A DNA stretch of 64,000 nucleotides from Adineta vaga (taxonomy: Eukaryota > Animalia > Rotifera), in assembly GCA_021613535.1 (NCBI GenBank), contig CP075496.1, positions 1,178,001 through 1,242,000 on the forward strand, given 5' to 3'. Made by a program: the position numbers and the translations under genes. Within the stretch, counting starts at the first letter, position 1. Every line of letters starts with the position of its first letter. Below are positions 1 through 16,027 of the stretch, piece by piece. The notes beneath the pieces were generated by a model, which saw nothing but the letters and a program-made list of their open reading frames with translations, was not told where the DNA came from and ran no database searches.

Positions 1-100
1 ATTTAATCTTGATAAGAGAATAAAAGAGAAAAGAAAAAAAATAGATTCTATTTTATATCACAGATCATCGATGTTCTTCGATTGAGATTTGTTTTTATTT

Positions 101-881
101 TTATTTTCCAATAACAACTTTCACAAGTTCTAGAAAAGAATCGAATATTTCGATGAAACAAAAAGAAAACTCGATGAATTGCAAGTTTTACCTTCATATC
201 GAATAATTCCATTTCCGGAAATATCAATTTCTTGTAACATTTCATCCACTTCATGATCGGAAAATTGTTCACCCAAATTAATCATCACATGTCTAATAAG
301 AGAAAAAAAGTATTTCTTCGCATTTTCTTTGTTTTCTCTTTACCTTAATTCAGCTACTTTAATAAAACCATTTCCATTTTTATCAAAAACACGAAAAGCT
401 TCACGTAATTCATCTTCTTCATTATGTTCATCAGCTCGTTTCGCCATCATATGAAGAAATTCATTAAAATCAATCAAACCTTTGCCTATAAAATCCAGTT
501 TTTCAAATAGAAAAAAAAACTATTCGAATAAAACAAACCTTCACAATCAAATTCATTAATTAAAGCTTTAAGTTCATCTTCTGTTGGATTTTGTCCGAGT
601 GTTCTCATTGCACTTCCGAGCACTTTCGGACTAATAGCGCCGTCAGAATCTTTATCGTACAGAAGAAATGCCTGTCGAAATTCTAAAATAAACTTTCATG
701 ATCTTTTCTTTTCCTCTCCTCTCCATTTGTCTTACCTTGAATTTGTTCTTCGGTAAAATGTTCAAGCTAAAAATAAAATGGGGAAAGTTGAAATTGATTT
801 CGAAGTCAAATTTTCTTTGTTCTTTACTTGATCAATCTTATAAATAAGCAAATGTTCTGTGCTTATCACAGACGATGGCAT
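101..881 (-). CDS. Calmodulin-like EF-hand protein (6 exons; alternative first exons possible)
   Basis: Manual splicing: 881-828 [18 protein letters not shown], 766-736 [11 protein letters not shown], then [37 protein letters not shown]..., [34 protein letters not shown]..., ELVKVVIGK*. All introns are GT-AG. Calmodulin-like throughout but clearly diverged. Confidence 0.9.
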
Positions 882-3800
882 ATTAAACTCGGTTGGATTA
901 ATCTCTGATAGAAAATCAATGTTGCCTTTTCTATTTCAAGATGAGATGTTAATGACCAAACGAGCGAAAAAGAAATACTTGTCATCAGATTTCGAAGAGG
1001 TAACCAGATAGAAAGAAGAAGAAGAAGGAGAAAATGGAGAAAATCTCTGTTGTCTAATGATTAAATTCAACCTTGTCTACAGATGGAATATCGACTTAAG
1101 AGATGTGACAGACAAAACACATGCAATGACGTCATACAAACAAACTAACTGATTTAAGAGATAGTTTTTGTCAAAGCCAAGGTCTTATTTGATCATTTCA
1201 ACATATATCAAGGTAAAAGAAAAGTATCAAGAGATTATCATAACAATAGACTTGAAATTGATAGATACATTAATCAGATAATAGAGAAAACCATTTCTTA
1301 CCCCTACTTGAAATGGATCATAGACATAGAGTAAATCCGTTGTGAGACGTTGTTTGAAACGTTTTGTTTCAGAATTTTCATGTGGATCTCTACTAATAGT
1401 AGTTAATTCTCTATCAGTTGAGATCTTTTCCCGAGTAGTTGAATAACACGGACCTATTTTGATAGTTAATATCCCACTAACATTCTTTGACTGACGTCTT
1501 TTTTTTCTCTTAATGATCGATGAAATAAAAAAAACTAGGTGAACCTTTTGTTCAATTGTATTGTGCTTTGCCTTTCTTCATTTATTTACATTCGTATCTC
1601 GATTAGCATCATTATTCTTTTTGTTTTCTCTTCAAAGAACTATGCATGCAAGTGTCACATATTTTTTCTTCGTCTTCTTCTTCTTCTGACATCAATGCTG
1701 TTTTACGGGTATCACTAGCGGAATTACCGAACAAAAGAATATAATGGTAACAGATGCCGAAGATCAATAGAATGAAAAAAAGAAACTTACTTTCATTATT
1801 TTTCTTAAAGAAAAAAAATATATTTCATATCCTTCGGTTCATTTACACAACAATCTACTTATGATCTCTGACATTATCATGGCAATTCGTTGAGTTATAA
1901 ATTAACATTCTTCTCATAGAAGAAATAATCTATAATCATTAACTATTCTTCTATCTTTCATCTCTAAGCATATTAATAAAGATATCGTTCTATTCTCATC
2001 ATCTGAAGATATACATTCTTTATTGTTTTCTCTTCACGTAAACCGATTGGTCGAAAATTTTCATTTCAATACACTACAAATGCGTTTTTCGTGGAGACAG
2101 CTGTTTACTTCGAAACGATATCATTGGCTATAATCGATAGACAAAATCTTCGAGAATTTTGTCAAGAGATCGAAATTAGTAAAGAATAAATGGTGGGAAT
2201 AAATCATTAGTTATGATTGATAATGAACAATCATCTATCATTTTTATCGAGCAGAACAAGAATAACATGGCTATTTAATAGGATAAAATAAAGATCATTA
2301 GTCAAGTCTACGTGATCGAGATTTGTTTGGTATTAATAGAATCAAGAATAATCTTGATTGTTCTTCTTCAATCGATTGGAAGACAAAACGCGAGAGAGAA
2401 CTGACATGTCAGACATTCGTTAGGATAAGAAAAGACATAAAAACAACAGACGTTTCTTTATTAGAATTGAAATAAACTAATCAAGAGATCCCCCACCAGT
2501 TTCCGATAGATATCTTTTTCTCTTCATGACATAAATTACCTTGTAAGGTCAATTGTAAGACAACAAACTCGATTTGATTCCTTTTATTTTTACATAAATT
2601 AAATAAATAAACTTACCCAGTCAGTAACACTTGTCGGCGATTGACTGGTAGACAACTGATTCATGTGTTATTCTAATCTTCAATGTACTGTCGCCCATGA
2701 ATTTGATCCACTTGGTTAAGATCAACACGCTTTTTTATTCAATCTTCTAATAAATACTTGTTTTTTTCTGCTTTCGTTAACAAGTGTTAATCGATCTTCA
2801 ACAATTTCTCCTTGATATGTTCGTACAATTTATGTTTCATATATAAAGCAAAGTAGAAGACTTATATATCAGACATGATAAAGCATGGCGAGAAAGGAGA
2901 AGAGAAAAAAAAGATACATAGAAATAGAACGCGATCGTTTAGGAAAGAAAATAAATTATCATATCATATCAATATGATCTATTTATATAAGAAATAAGCA
3001 TTGATTTCATTTACAATTGAAAAAAGTTTTTGATGATTATTAATGTCTATTTAACTAAAAATATTCATAATTGAATTATTGATGAGTAGTATGAAAGATT
3101 GTTGACATTCGTCAAATAGAGATATCGACAATCGAGGCTTTTATGATAAAACTAATGTAATTAAAAAGACAAAACGATTTATTTCATTTACAATTGATCA
3201 ATATTTTGTTTTCTTCGTTGAAATTTTTATTCATAAATTTTGTCCTTAAGATCCTTTCTATAAATATCAACTTAATAGCAATATTGTAAGCATAATTGCT
3301 ATTGTATATGCCAAGAGTTCTTTTTTAGCCTACATAATCGTTTTCGAGGTATTACTGATAACTTCATTACGATTAATATTCTATTTGTTATGACAATAAA
3401 AAAAAAATTTCATATTGATGACATTGTAATATATCAATCAAAATATCTTTATCAAGAAATCGAGTGTTTTTGTAAAGGAGAAAGTATTCGAGTACTTGTT
3501 TGAATTTTTGCATTACGTCGTGGAGAGTCATCAGTAGACGTTTGAATTGATTTATGACACAGAGAATTAGTTTCATCAATTATCACAACACGATCTACTA
3601 AATCGAATAATGTAGATCGAACATCATACCAAAAACAAAAATCCGCAACAGTTAAGATATAATGAACATCAGGAAGACAATCGAGAGAAGATCTATGAAA
3701 GAATTTTGAATGATTATTAAGAAAAGAAGAATTGAATATCGAACAGAATATTTATTGATAATCGAGGAGTTGAAAGATAATGTCGTTTTTGATCTACGTA

Positions 3801-5178
3801 ACAATGTTCATTAAAATTTGTCTAAAAAATAAACGAAGATTTGATGGAAATTCTAAATGATAAACTTACAAAATAATGACAAGTACATTTCGTATGTTTA
3901 TTAATTAAATTTAATGTTTGATCACTACTACATGAATTAGTAACTGAAAATATGAAGAAAATTCTTTCGAATATTTAAAATCAAGACAAACAAACATTGT
4001 TTGGATGATTGAAAAGTATTAGTAGAGATCAAGTTTTTCTTCTTGGAATGATGTCGAGAGAGAAAATGACGAAATAATTTCATTGTTTTATCAATTCTGG
4101 ATGTTTATGGGATGTTTGAAATATGAGAGAAAAAAAGCGCTTGGATATTATTCATTTTCCCTCGTTTCTTATTCATTTTTCAAAATATCTTCTTAAACTC
4201 ATCATTTTGGAATTGGATCGATAGAACAAAATCGAAATGAGTATTTGTCATCAGAAAGCAATAAACACAAAGTAAGGTACAAAACAAACTTTATAGGAAA
4301 ATATTTTCTTTGAAGTATGATTCATATTTAATTATTATCTTGACTAATGAATCGGTCATATGAAATAGAGGATAATCACTTTCAAAATCTTTATAGCTGA
4401 TCAAGATTTATATATGATCAACAGATAAAGTTCAAATCCCTTTGCTCTTGATTTTCACCGATCACCGCCGATCTCATAGCTTCTTTAACATGCTTTGATC
4501 TTTCATTGAAATTCAAGGAAACGATCAAAGAATTATGAATTCTATTGATTATAAAATTTCTTTTTTTTTATTCGATTTAATTAATGAATTATCATTGCTT
4601 GTTCATAAAAAATTTCAATTCTATGGGTCTATTTAAAAAAATGATTCTATTGGTTGATTTGTCATCCAATAGAAATCTAATTGAAATTTTCCAGAAATTC
4701 GACAAAATCTTTTTTTATTTTAAAATCCTAAGAAAAATCAAATAAAAAAATATTTATGAAATTTTTCTATAAAAAACTCTCGAAAAAAGAAATGCATACA
4801 TACGCCATGTTCTAAAAATCTCGACAGATCCTCCATGATGGATTTTCTTTTTTTTTCCTCTCTTCCATTCTTTGTATATGCATGTAATAGTGATGGTGGT
4901 CTGTTGTTTGTTTATTTACTCACTCAATTACTGTTTGAATTCTATTGATAATCTTCTTTTAGATGGTATGAAGTCTCTCATCGTACGTCCAAATTCATTC
5001 AATAATATTAATTCTTCTTTAACTCGTCTTTATTTATTTCCAAAAACAATCGAAAATATTACAAGCAGATGATCATCAGTGTTTATTTATTTCTAATTCA
5101 CTAGTCAAATTTAGTATTTATCCATAGAATTTCCTCAATCTAGACAAAGAAAATCGTTCTCAAATAAATTTCATCAAG

Positions 5179-6723
<1,545 letters not shown>

Positions 6724-6803
6724 AAGAAATCAGCGAAAAAATATAATCGAAATTTTTCATTAAGAAAAAATTTCATTTCTTTAGTCGTTAAACATAGACA
6801 GAC

Positions 6804-7680
6804 ATGTGGCTCTCTCTCTCTTTTTCTCTCATTTTCATTTCTTTTTCTTTTTTTTTCTTCGTTTATTATTATTATTTTTTTGTGTCTCTTTTATTCTCTT
6901 ATTCGCACACTATACACTATTATATTAGAATGGTCGTTTCAATTTTTTCGTCTTTTTTTCATTTGCGTGTGTGTGTATTTCTCGTACAGTGTGTGTGTTC
7001 AAAGTCAAATTCGAGTTGTTTCCTCTAGTTCAATTTCTTTTCTTCTTCTTCTTCTTTACGTGTATCTCTGAATACGCTCGACAGAGAAAACACTTTAACC
7101 AACAGTGAGACACACACAGGCAGGCCAAATCGTCTTTTCTTTTGTCGCTGCTTGCCATATATACATACCTCGTATCTGTTTTGTACTTGCGCACTGCGCG
7201 TATCATTACTACTATTCTCTAGTCTCTCTCTCTCTTTTTCTCTTATTTTTTGTTGTTATTTGTTGTCATTGTCGTTTATTATTGTGTTGAGATATCTTCT
7301 CTCTCTCTATCTCTCTTTTCTGTCTTCTACGCATTGTTCAGTTCATGGAATGACAACAATACTCATCGGTAGGTGGTGGCATCCATCATACAATAGCCAC
7401 AACATTTGCCCTGCACAAATATGCGTGTCTTGTATTCGATCTGACTCTGTCTCGCTTTTAGCATCCTTTTTCTCTCTCTCTCATCTTTTCTCTTTTTTTA
7501 CTTTAATTCTCTTTCGCGCGTGTATTTCGTGTGTGTGTGTGTGTGTGTCTTCTGAATTACACTAATCGTTGCGTTGCAGTGTCGCCGCTTCTCTCTCTCT
7601 CAATCTCTCTTCTTTTCATACTCTACTACTACAAGAAGGTTCTCTCTTTCTCTTTTTCTCTGGTTTTTCAATTGTATAAA
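6804..7680 (+). repeat. Microsatellite-rich (CT)n/(GT)n/(TTA)n region, probable GNAQ 3' UTR
   Basis: Many short CT and GT runs (e.g. GT run ~7529-7548) between the GNAQ stop and AATAAA near 7761. Confidence 0.6.
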
Positions 7681-7928
7681 ATAAATAAACGAATAATGAA
7701 GAAAAAAAAACATTCTTCCTCTTTTATTTCGTTTTTCTGCATTTAATTATTGAAAAAAATAATAAACTTTCATCATATTTCTAGATCATCTTGTCCAAGT
7801 CGTTTTAAACGACCTAATTGTTCAACTTATCACAGTACAAAATACATTCAAGTCTCAAATGTAAAATATCTTCAATAAGAAAATCTTTCAAGTTTTTATC
7901 TTTCTTTTTTTTTCTTAAGAATTTTATC

Positions 7929-8390
7929 ATGGCTGATCAAGATGCCGCTGGTTCAAATGCCGCTGACTTGAAAAAGAAACGAACATTTCGTAAATTTACC
8001 TTTCGTGGTGTTGATCTTGATCAACTATTAGATTTAAATACCGAACAGTTAATGCCGTTATTACATTGTCGTGCTCGACGACGTTTATCACGTGGTCTCA
8101 AACGTAAACCTATGGCTTTGATTAAACGTTTACGTAAAGCCAAAAAAGAAACACCTGAATTAGAAAAACCACAAGCAATTAAAACACATTTACGTGATAT
8201 GATCATTGTACCTGAAATGGTCGGTTGTGTTGTTGGTGTTCATCAAGGCAAAACATTTAATTCAATTGAAATTAAACCTGAAATGATTGGACATTATCTT
8301 GGAGAATTTTCCATAACCTACAAACCAGTTAAACACGGTCGACCTGGTATTGGTGCAACACATTCATCTCGTTTTATCCCACTCAAATAA
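7929..8390 (+). CDS. RPS15: 40S ribosomal protein S15 (uS19)
   Basis: [21 protein letters not shown]...[36 protein letters not shown] at 7929 follows a probable 5' UTR intron 7861-7919. Confidence 0.98.
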   Translation: MADQDAAGSNAADLKKKRTFRKFTFRGVDLDQLLDLNTEQLMPLLHCRARRRLSRGLKRKPMALIKRLRKAKKETPELEKPQAIKTHLRDMIIVPEMVGCVVGVHQGKTFNSIEIKPEMIGHYLGEFSITYKPVKHGRPGIGATHSSRFIPLK

Positions 8391-8995
8391 AGAGTTGTGT
8401 TTTGTTTCTTGATCTCTTCATCATTGAACAACTGATGATTTGAGACGAACGAAAATAAAGTTTGACAAAACAATAGAAAAGAATACCATTGTTAATTTCG
8501 AACATCTTTGTTGTTTTATTTTTAAATAAAAATAAAAAAAAAACAAATCATAAAAAATGTTCATTGAATTATTAATGTTCGCATAGTGCTTCGATTTCTG
8601 TTCAACAGATGGTCGTTATAATTCTTAATAATGGCACTTTGAGTTTTATTTTTATTACCCATTAATAAGATAACGTTTAAATAGGTCGAAAAACACATTT
8701 ATTTATTTTTATCCGTAAAGTCAATAAAGAATTGAAGTCTAATCAAGAACTGATTTGGGAAGGAACAAGAAAAACTTTGTTACTAATCAATGCATTCGTC
8801 AAAATAACGACGAATACAATCGGGAAATTCCATTATATATACAATATTCTCTTGTTTTATTAATGTTATTTATTTAGAAATAAAAGCAATCGACTTATTC
8901 ATCAAACAACAAAAAAAGAAAACGATTTTCGATTTCTATGAAAATAGAAATGATCTAAAAATACTCTTTTTTTTTTCTTCTTCAAATAGAGAATA

Positions 8996-10295
8996 TTAAA
9001 AAGCATGAACATCAATTTGATGATTCGTATCTTTTTGAATAATATGTTTTGTTTGTAAAAGTGTTTGTTCGGTATGACTTCGTCGATTGATGGATGTTTT
9101 AGTTTTTGATAAACTAAATAATTGAATTAATTCATTTCGAAAAACTCCACCAGTTAATGTATAAATATAAAAATGAATGGCATGATTAAATTGACCCATG
9201 GCGATAAATATCGCAGTGATTAAAGCCATCACACCTTTGTTATGCGATGTATTCGAAGGTGTAAAAACGCGTATTGTATCATTGATTTCAGTTGGTAATG
9301 TAAATACTAAAAAAGCTGAAAAGAAAAGGATGAAAATATGAATGATCGGTTTTTTTGTTTCTATGATTAAATTTACCAGCTGCACTGCCAAGTAACATCA
9401 CAGTTAATTGCTTTTCTTTTTCATGTCTTTTTCGATGTTTTTTCGAATGTAATGCTGTTGTCATAATTGTTCGAATTGAACGTCGTGATGTTAAAACACG
9501 TATTAAAATAAGTATATTACATATTAACATAACAATAAAAGGTATCACAACAGCAAATAACATATCTAATGAATCAAAGATTTGATAAAATCGTTCATAA
9601 CTTATGGAATAAACTTTATTTTGATAAACAATCTTTCGATTTGATGGCATACATCCTTGACTTGTTGCTGTTGCTTGAATAATTTCGAATCCCCAAAAAA
9701 TATGTCCATTAATAAAAAGAAATATAATTGACATTAAAACAATAATATAAATCGCAATACGTGCTCGACAAAATCGTTTTGATGTTAGTGGACATTGAAT
9801 TGAAACTGCTCGATCAATCGATGCAACAGCTAATAAAAAATTCGAGAGATCGGTAGTAAAATAAACCATTGTCGGATTTAATTTACATAGAAATAAAATA
9901 TTTGCTGTTAAATTAACATGATTATATGAAGGAAGAACAGTATCAATAAATGAGGCGATTAATGAAGCGATATCAGTTATTGCTAATGCAAGAAAATAAA
10001 CCGCACATGAACGATGTCGTAATGATGGTCGACTAAAAACTAAAACGCTAAGTGAATTTCCAATAATACCAATAATAAATATTGTTAAACAGATGTATTT
10101 GTAAATAATTGTATCAGTTAAATTTTGATAAGGATCATAGATTGTATCAATTGGTGAAGTTGTTAAACTGATATTATTATTATCAAATAATGACGAGGGA
10201 GATGTTAAATTAAATAAAACTGTACTTGATTGAGTTAAACTTAGAAGCATATCATCGGATATCATAACTTCCAATTCTTTCGAGTTTGCTGTCAT
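8996..10295 (-). CDS. Class A (rhodopsin-like) peptide-receptor-type GPCR, 2 coding exons
   Basis: GN in TM1, LAxxD in TM2, DRA at end of TM3, IPF in TM5, NHAIHFYIY in TM7. Intron 9376-9316 joins the two ORFs. Confidence 0.9.
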
Positions 10296-13200
10296 TTTAA
10301 TAAACTAAAGAAAATAAATGTATTTGAAATTGTTATTTATTTGAAGGTAGAAAAAAATTATGTTGATCTTGATTTACTTATACTGAATAGAATTCGTTGA
10401 AAAAGTCCTCAAATCAAATCTACATATGTGTAGATCTTTCACGTGTTTGTTATCTTGAAAGATTTTGTATTTTGTAATAAACAGACTTATCATTAATGAA
10501 TGTCGTTTTCTCGACTATATTTTTTTTTCAATAACATCTGTCAAAACAAATAGAAGAGAAATGAAAGGTCAAATTACTTTCTGATTGACACGAACAAAAC
10601 CTACGAGATGGATTGTTTTTAGAAATCGTAACTTCAATCGAATGTTATGCTTACCAGAAAAGAATGAAAATTTTGTGAATACGTTAGTTCTAACAGAGAA
10701 CTTCTAAGCAATCTCTTATGCTCGAACGGAGAAGCAAATATTAGCGTTTTCTCTTCTCTTTCCAATCCATACTTTCTCTTACTATTGAATTGATAATTGC
10801 TTTTTCTTCTTCTTCTCTTCTGTTTTTGTTTCGTTCACCGATTGTCACTAACGTTCACAATTAAAGTCGGTGGTCGTGATCATTGTAAACAATAACTATA
10901 GATGCTATCGATTCTATGACATTCAGTCTAAAAATAAAAATAAAAAAGAAAGAGTTAAACCAACAATGTTTTGTCCAGCAGATGATTATTCTCATTAACA
11001 AGAGATCAAAATCAATTTCTTTTTTATTCGAATCAAGATCAATTCTCCTTTGCTTGTTGTTTTTCAACGGTCTTTTAGTTTTTTTTCTTCTATATATTAA
11101 TATGTTTGATAAAGAAAAACGACGACGATGAAGAGAAAAAGAAATTCGCTTGGGAATTTTCTATACCAAATCGAATATATATAAACGGTAGAAATAATTC
11201 GTGATAGGAATTGTGTTTGGTAAATATTGATAGGAATGCAAAACATTGTGAATTGATTAGGAAAGAAAAAGAAAAGGTTTGCGACAATGTAGTTGTCCGT
11301 TAGTATAACACTATTTTAATTGCCTTTGAACGAATCGATTCAATGATAAAGCGAAGTAATCAGTTGGGTCCCATATATAATGGAATTAAGGGAACGTGCC
11401 AATGATGGCACGGCTGATGATGATGATGATGATGATGACGAAAATAGTAGAAACGGAAAAATAAAGAAAAGAGGGAAAAGAAAAGAATCTAAATGTGATG
11501 TCGAGATCTGACATCATTGCCTTGTCATATATGATGTTCTTAGAATTTTATTGAGTCTGACAATTTAACGCACACTTATCATATCGTCTTTTCATCGGTT
11601 CTTTATATTTTCTAATTGAACACTTGAGAAAAACAATGAATAAAAAACTAAATTAGACTTACTGAATAATACAAAGACATTTTTCTTCTCTCTTTTGTTT
11701 TGTTTAATATTCCTATGACAAAATAATAAAACTCAATGTAACGATTCGACAACAGTTTGGTTTTCTCGTATGAAAAAATATTTCTTTTCTAATTTTCTTT
11801 TTTTTTTCAATTCTCAAGATGAAAAAATACAATTACATTGTTAACATTATCACGTATTCATCTCTTCAACAAGATAACTAATTCAATTTTCCAGATGATT
11901 TCATTTCTTTTTTGTACTCATAGATCGATTTTGTCAGATATTAATTGGCAAAAATCGAATAAGTATTTGATCTTTTACTCAATTTAACCAAAACATACCT
12001 GAAATTTCTTCTTATCATTTATTATATTTGACAAAGTCAATTTATAATAATCATAATCTATGTACAAATCGAATATTGTCAAATAGTAACTGGAAGAGAA
12101 TGTCTATTTATAAACAAATCATTTCTACGCTAGGACTAATCGTCTACCATTTCTCCTTGTTCTCTGTTAGTCTGATGATGATGATTATTATTAATATTCG
12201 AAAAACAGGATCATTTGCCTGAGTTATTCTCAAGAAAACAACAGTAATAATGATAATGTAACAGTAGGAATAAAACAAGCAACATATATTTGTGTTACGA
12301 AGTTCTAAAATGACAATGGAATTGATCTCTTCATACTTATTTCTTCTGAACATCAAAAAAGAAAAAAAAGATTCTCAGATAAGAAAACTTACTTGAAATA
12401 AAAATTAAGAAAAATGAATTCTTTTTTTTTAAAGAAAAGATTCTCTTCTATGATACGAAAAACTGACAATTTTCAAGTATGACTTAATACTGTCAATGAA
12501 TTAAAGAATAGTATGCTTGAGATGATTGTCAGAAGGAAATAGAAGACGAGTAAGAAGAAGAAGAAAAAAAAGAATAAAGATTTTTTTTTGCATCATGATT
12601 AGTGTTATATGTGTATTCATCAGTTTCGCTTTCTCTTCATTTTTCTCTAAAGCTGTCCTATCGACAAGCGACAGAGACTGAAGAGGAAAAATGGAGAAAA
12701 CAGAACAAAGCTAAATTGACTATTATTTCGTCTATTTTTGACGAATAGAACCTGTAGAGTTAATAAAATCAATTAAAGATATGACGACAATCGTTTTATT
12801 TATTTATTTCCACTGATTGAACAACAACAAAAATCGATTGAAAACTTCCTAGAATCATATGACGTTAAAGCGAAGAGGCAAATAAAGTCAACCCACTTGC
12901 TCATTTGAGTATCCATATGTACACAGAAGAGATCTAATTGTAAGCATATTGCGTTTGTTACTCTCATATAATTGCTCTCAAGCGTTCGTCGTTGTCAGCA
13001 TTCTCAAAGGTATCGTTTTATCAAGAAATAGAACTGCTGCTTATAGACAATTCTATGATCCAGAATAGACATTCTAAACCAGGCAAACAAACTTTCGACG
13101 TCAATTCATTCATATTGAAAACTTTTTTTCTTCTTTATTCTGTTAATAGAAGTATCTAAGAGTTAATGTAAATATAGCAAAACTCATTGGACTTTGACAG

Positions 13201-14853
13201 AAGATATGCCCGAAATAAATATATGACATTTGCTTTGCAGCTATAAATCTAATCATTATCAATGTATCACTAAATCAATCCAATCTTTTATTAAAAATTT
13301 TTTTAATTTCAATTTCATTATTGAGCAAGAACGACAACAGACATGGCGATTGTGATTAGTCAATGTGCAATGATCTAAAACATATTTAGACATATGATGA
13401 ATGCAAAGAAGAAGAAGAAGAAGAAGTTCTTATATTCATTAGCATTTTGTTTGCAATCTTTTAAGTCTATTAATATGTTTTGTATTATCTCGAGTCGTTG
13501 ATAAAAAACGATTATGTTTGAAGAATTTGTAATAGAATGATTGAAAATAACTGTATGAAAAAGAATTAATCTAATCGTTTTTATATTTCATCGGTTGATA
13601 AGATTGTCTTTGGAGATGACATTCCCAATTGATATCTAGGTGGACTTGGATAGTTACTTATTGATATCTCTCTTTCGTAAAAGTGATTAATGGTAATGGT
13701 TATTTCCGTATTTTTTTCAAATCACTGATTGAGAAAGACAAAAATCATCGATGTATCTTATAACTTGATGTTTTACAAATGTATTAGAACAACAAAAAAA
13801 GATTATACCAGATGTTTTAATTACATCAGTTCATCATTAAGTGTTCGTATTACCAGATATCAATGACTTATTATTTTGTTCATGAGAACGATGATTTATG
13901 ATAAACGTATCGTTAATTAAATTACGTTGCTCTTCTATTCGAATTACAGAATTCAACGACAAGTCATATCTGTAATAGACATTAAATATTCTTTCCGAAA
14001 CCTTTCATTAAAATAAAACGATCAAGTTGGTAACATTTTATTTTCTATTTTTAACTGAACACATTCGTAATATATTGGGTTCTGGTTCTTTCCCTCATAG
14101 TTAATGTTCGGTGGCGGATGTGCATGATTTGTTTTTATCAGAGACAAATACTTATTAATCGTTAATTACAAATGCGGAAGACATTTACTAATGTTCTGAA
14201 AATGATAATTTTCCAAAAGAATAAGGAAAGATATATTCACTAACTTCTTCTCTTCTTTTTTGGCCTTATAGTACAAAGTTAACAATGAAAAGTTTTCTCT
14301 AACTGTAAAACTAAGAAAGAAAGATGATTCTATTCGGTATACGATACCATAAAACATACAAAATGAGAAACTTTTAATGGGAAATGATAGGGAATTAGAA
14401 CATTCCCGTCTAATAACATAAAAAAGATAACTAATGAAAACAAGCAGCTAGTAAAGCAATCATCATTATATAGGTTTTTCTGATTATTAGAATCAGATCC
14501 GTATTCACATACATTCTCAAGAATAATTGAACACTCAAAGTACAGTTCACGTTCAATTCAAGTTTTGATGTTTACATTGCTCGAATTCATAGAATTCTAA
14601 AGCAATACACGTGTATCTAAAAATGATTCTTGACAAGATACAAATATCAATCGATTATTGATTGTTGGTATATTAAAAAAAAGGCAATTCTTCGAAAAGT
14701 AAATGGATTTCTTTGAAACTTTTTATTAAATAATCAATGTTCTTACTTTATTGTTTCTAATATGTGTTGGTGAAAGAAAAAGACAAAAATACGGAAAAGT
14801 CAGCATTATTTCTACGGATGTTTATTCTACCAAAAGTTAAGGTGAGTTGATGT

Positions 14854-15132
14854 TTAATGATGGCCACCTTTTTTATGCGAGGATGATGAGGAACTTGATG
14901 CTGGTTGAGGATCAGCTGGAGGATTTTTAGCTTTACGTGATTTAGCTAATTTGGACATTGTAAAGCCAAAAAGTATCCAACCACCAACGACGGCAACAAC
15001 TGAATTAGCACGGCCACGGGTAGTAAACGAATTGAAATGACGAACATACCAACTTGTTGCCATTTTTTGACGAATATGTGCTGGAACATCAGCATCACCA
15101 CCACCACCGAATCGAATAAGACTTAATTTCAT
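14854..15132 (-). CDS. ATP5MK: ATP synthase membrane subunit DAPIT/USMG5-like
   Basis: RHFNSFTTRGRANSV followed by a single TM and a basic tail resembles the DAPIT motif YFNSYTLTGRMNCV. Confidence 0.75.
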   Translation of the reverse strand: MKLSLIRFGGGGDADVPAHIRQKMATSWYVRHFNSFTTRGRANSVVAVVGGWILFGFTMSKLAKSRKAKNPPADPQPASSSSSSSHKKGGHH

Positions 15133-15281
15133 TTTAATAATTATCTAAAAAGATCAATGAATGTTATTATTAAAATAATCAGATCGTAAGCGAAATTTTC
15201 AGGTTTTGATGTGAAAAAAAACAACAACTCGATTCACAGTCATCTAAATATATCCAGAACCAATCATAAACGATCGAACAG

Positions 15282-15290
15282 CGCCATCTA
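15282..15290. promoter_or_regulatory. YY1-like GCGCCATCT motif in the divergent ATP5MK/LKAAEAR1 promoter
   Basis: GCGCCATCT in a 350-bp head-to-head gap. The same motif occurs at ~39595 in the ERICH3 divergent gap. Confidence 0.4.
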
Positions 15291-15407
15291 TCAACATTCA
15301 TATTTAATTCCTCTATTTATCATTTTATATTTCTTTATTAATAAAAAATCAATCGTTTTTATGAGAAAACATTTTTTTCTTCGATAAATAGAAATTATTT
15401 TCGAATC

Positions 15408-15421
15408 GTTACTATGGAAAT
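15408..15421 (+). promoter_or_regulatory. RFX X-box-like motif
   Basis: GTTACTATGGAAAT fits GTNRCYATGGNAAC, 60 bp upstream of the LKAAEAR1 ATG. Confidence 0.55.
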
Positions 15422-15480
15422 AATATGAGTTGATAGATCTGATTATAATACCTATCATTCTAACAAATCAATAGATACAA

Positions 15481-16004
15481 ATGTCTGAACAAGTTACTAA
15501 TCGACGTTCGTCGAAGAAATATTCCGATGATAATAAACAAATTCTAGGAGGAAAGAAAAAGACTCAAGCAGAAATAGATCAAGATGCTTATATGGCTCGA
15601 CAATATGCTCTTGTTATCGGTGAATTGAAAGCTGCTGAAGCAAGAAATCGGTAGGATTGATTTTTTCTTGATATATTTTCTTCTTACAATTTAATTTTAA
15701 TTCAAAAACAAGAATTCGTGCAACTCGTCTTCGTTTTTCCAAATCTCATCGTAATGAAATCGATCAAATCATTGCTTTTCAACCGAATGCTTTAAGTGCA
15801 CTTCGTTTCGAAGCGTTCATGATGAATCCATCATCATCAACTCAAAAAGAAAAATATTCCACAACAACCATGAATATTTCTCCACGTCCAAAAAGTGGTT
15901 CTGCAAATAATCTTACAAGAGATCCTTTAACACAAATTGAACGACGACGAGTTCAAAATCTTACTCTTGATGATCAAAATTTATTAGTAAATAGAACGGA
16001 TTAA
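15481..16004 (+). CDS. LKAAEAR1: LKAAEAR motif-containing protein 1 (2 exons)
   Basis: Exon 1 (missed by the ORF track) encodes ...ALVIGELKAAEARNR, spliced to IRATRLRF...DPLTQIERRRVQNL. Confidence 0.9.
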
Positions 16005-16027
16005 AATAAATATTTATACAATCACCA

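Noticed and set aside
6804-7746. Hydrophobic ORFs of 61-137 aa after GNAQ
   Set aside because: Artefacts of CT/GT microsatellites in the 3' UTR.
12486-12496. miR-8/200-like TAATACTGTCA
   Set aside because: The match stops at 11 nt and there is no complementary 5' arm.
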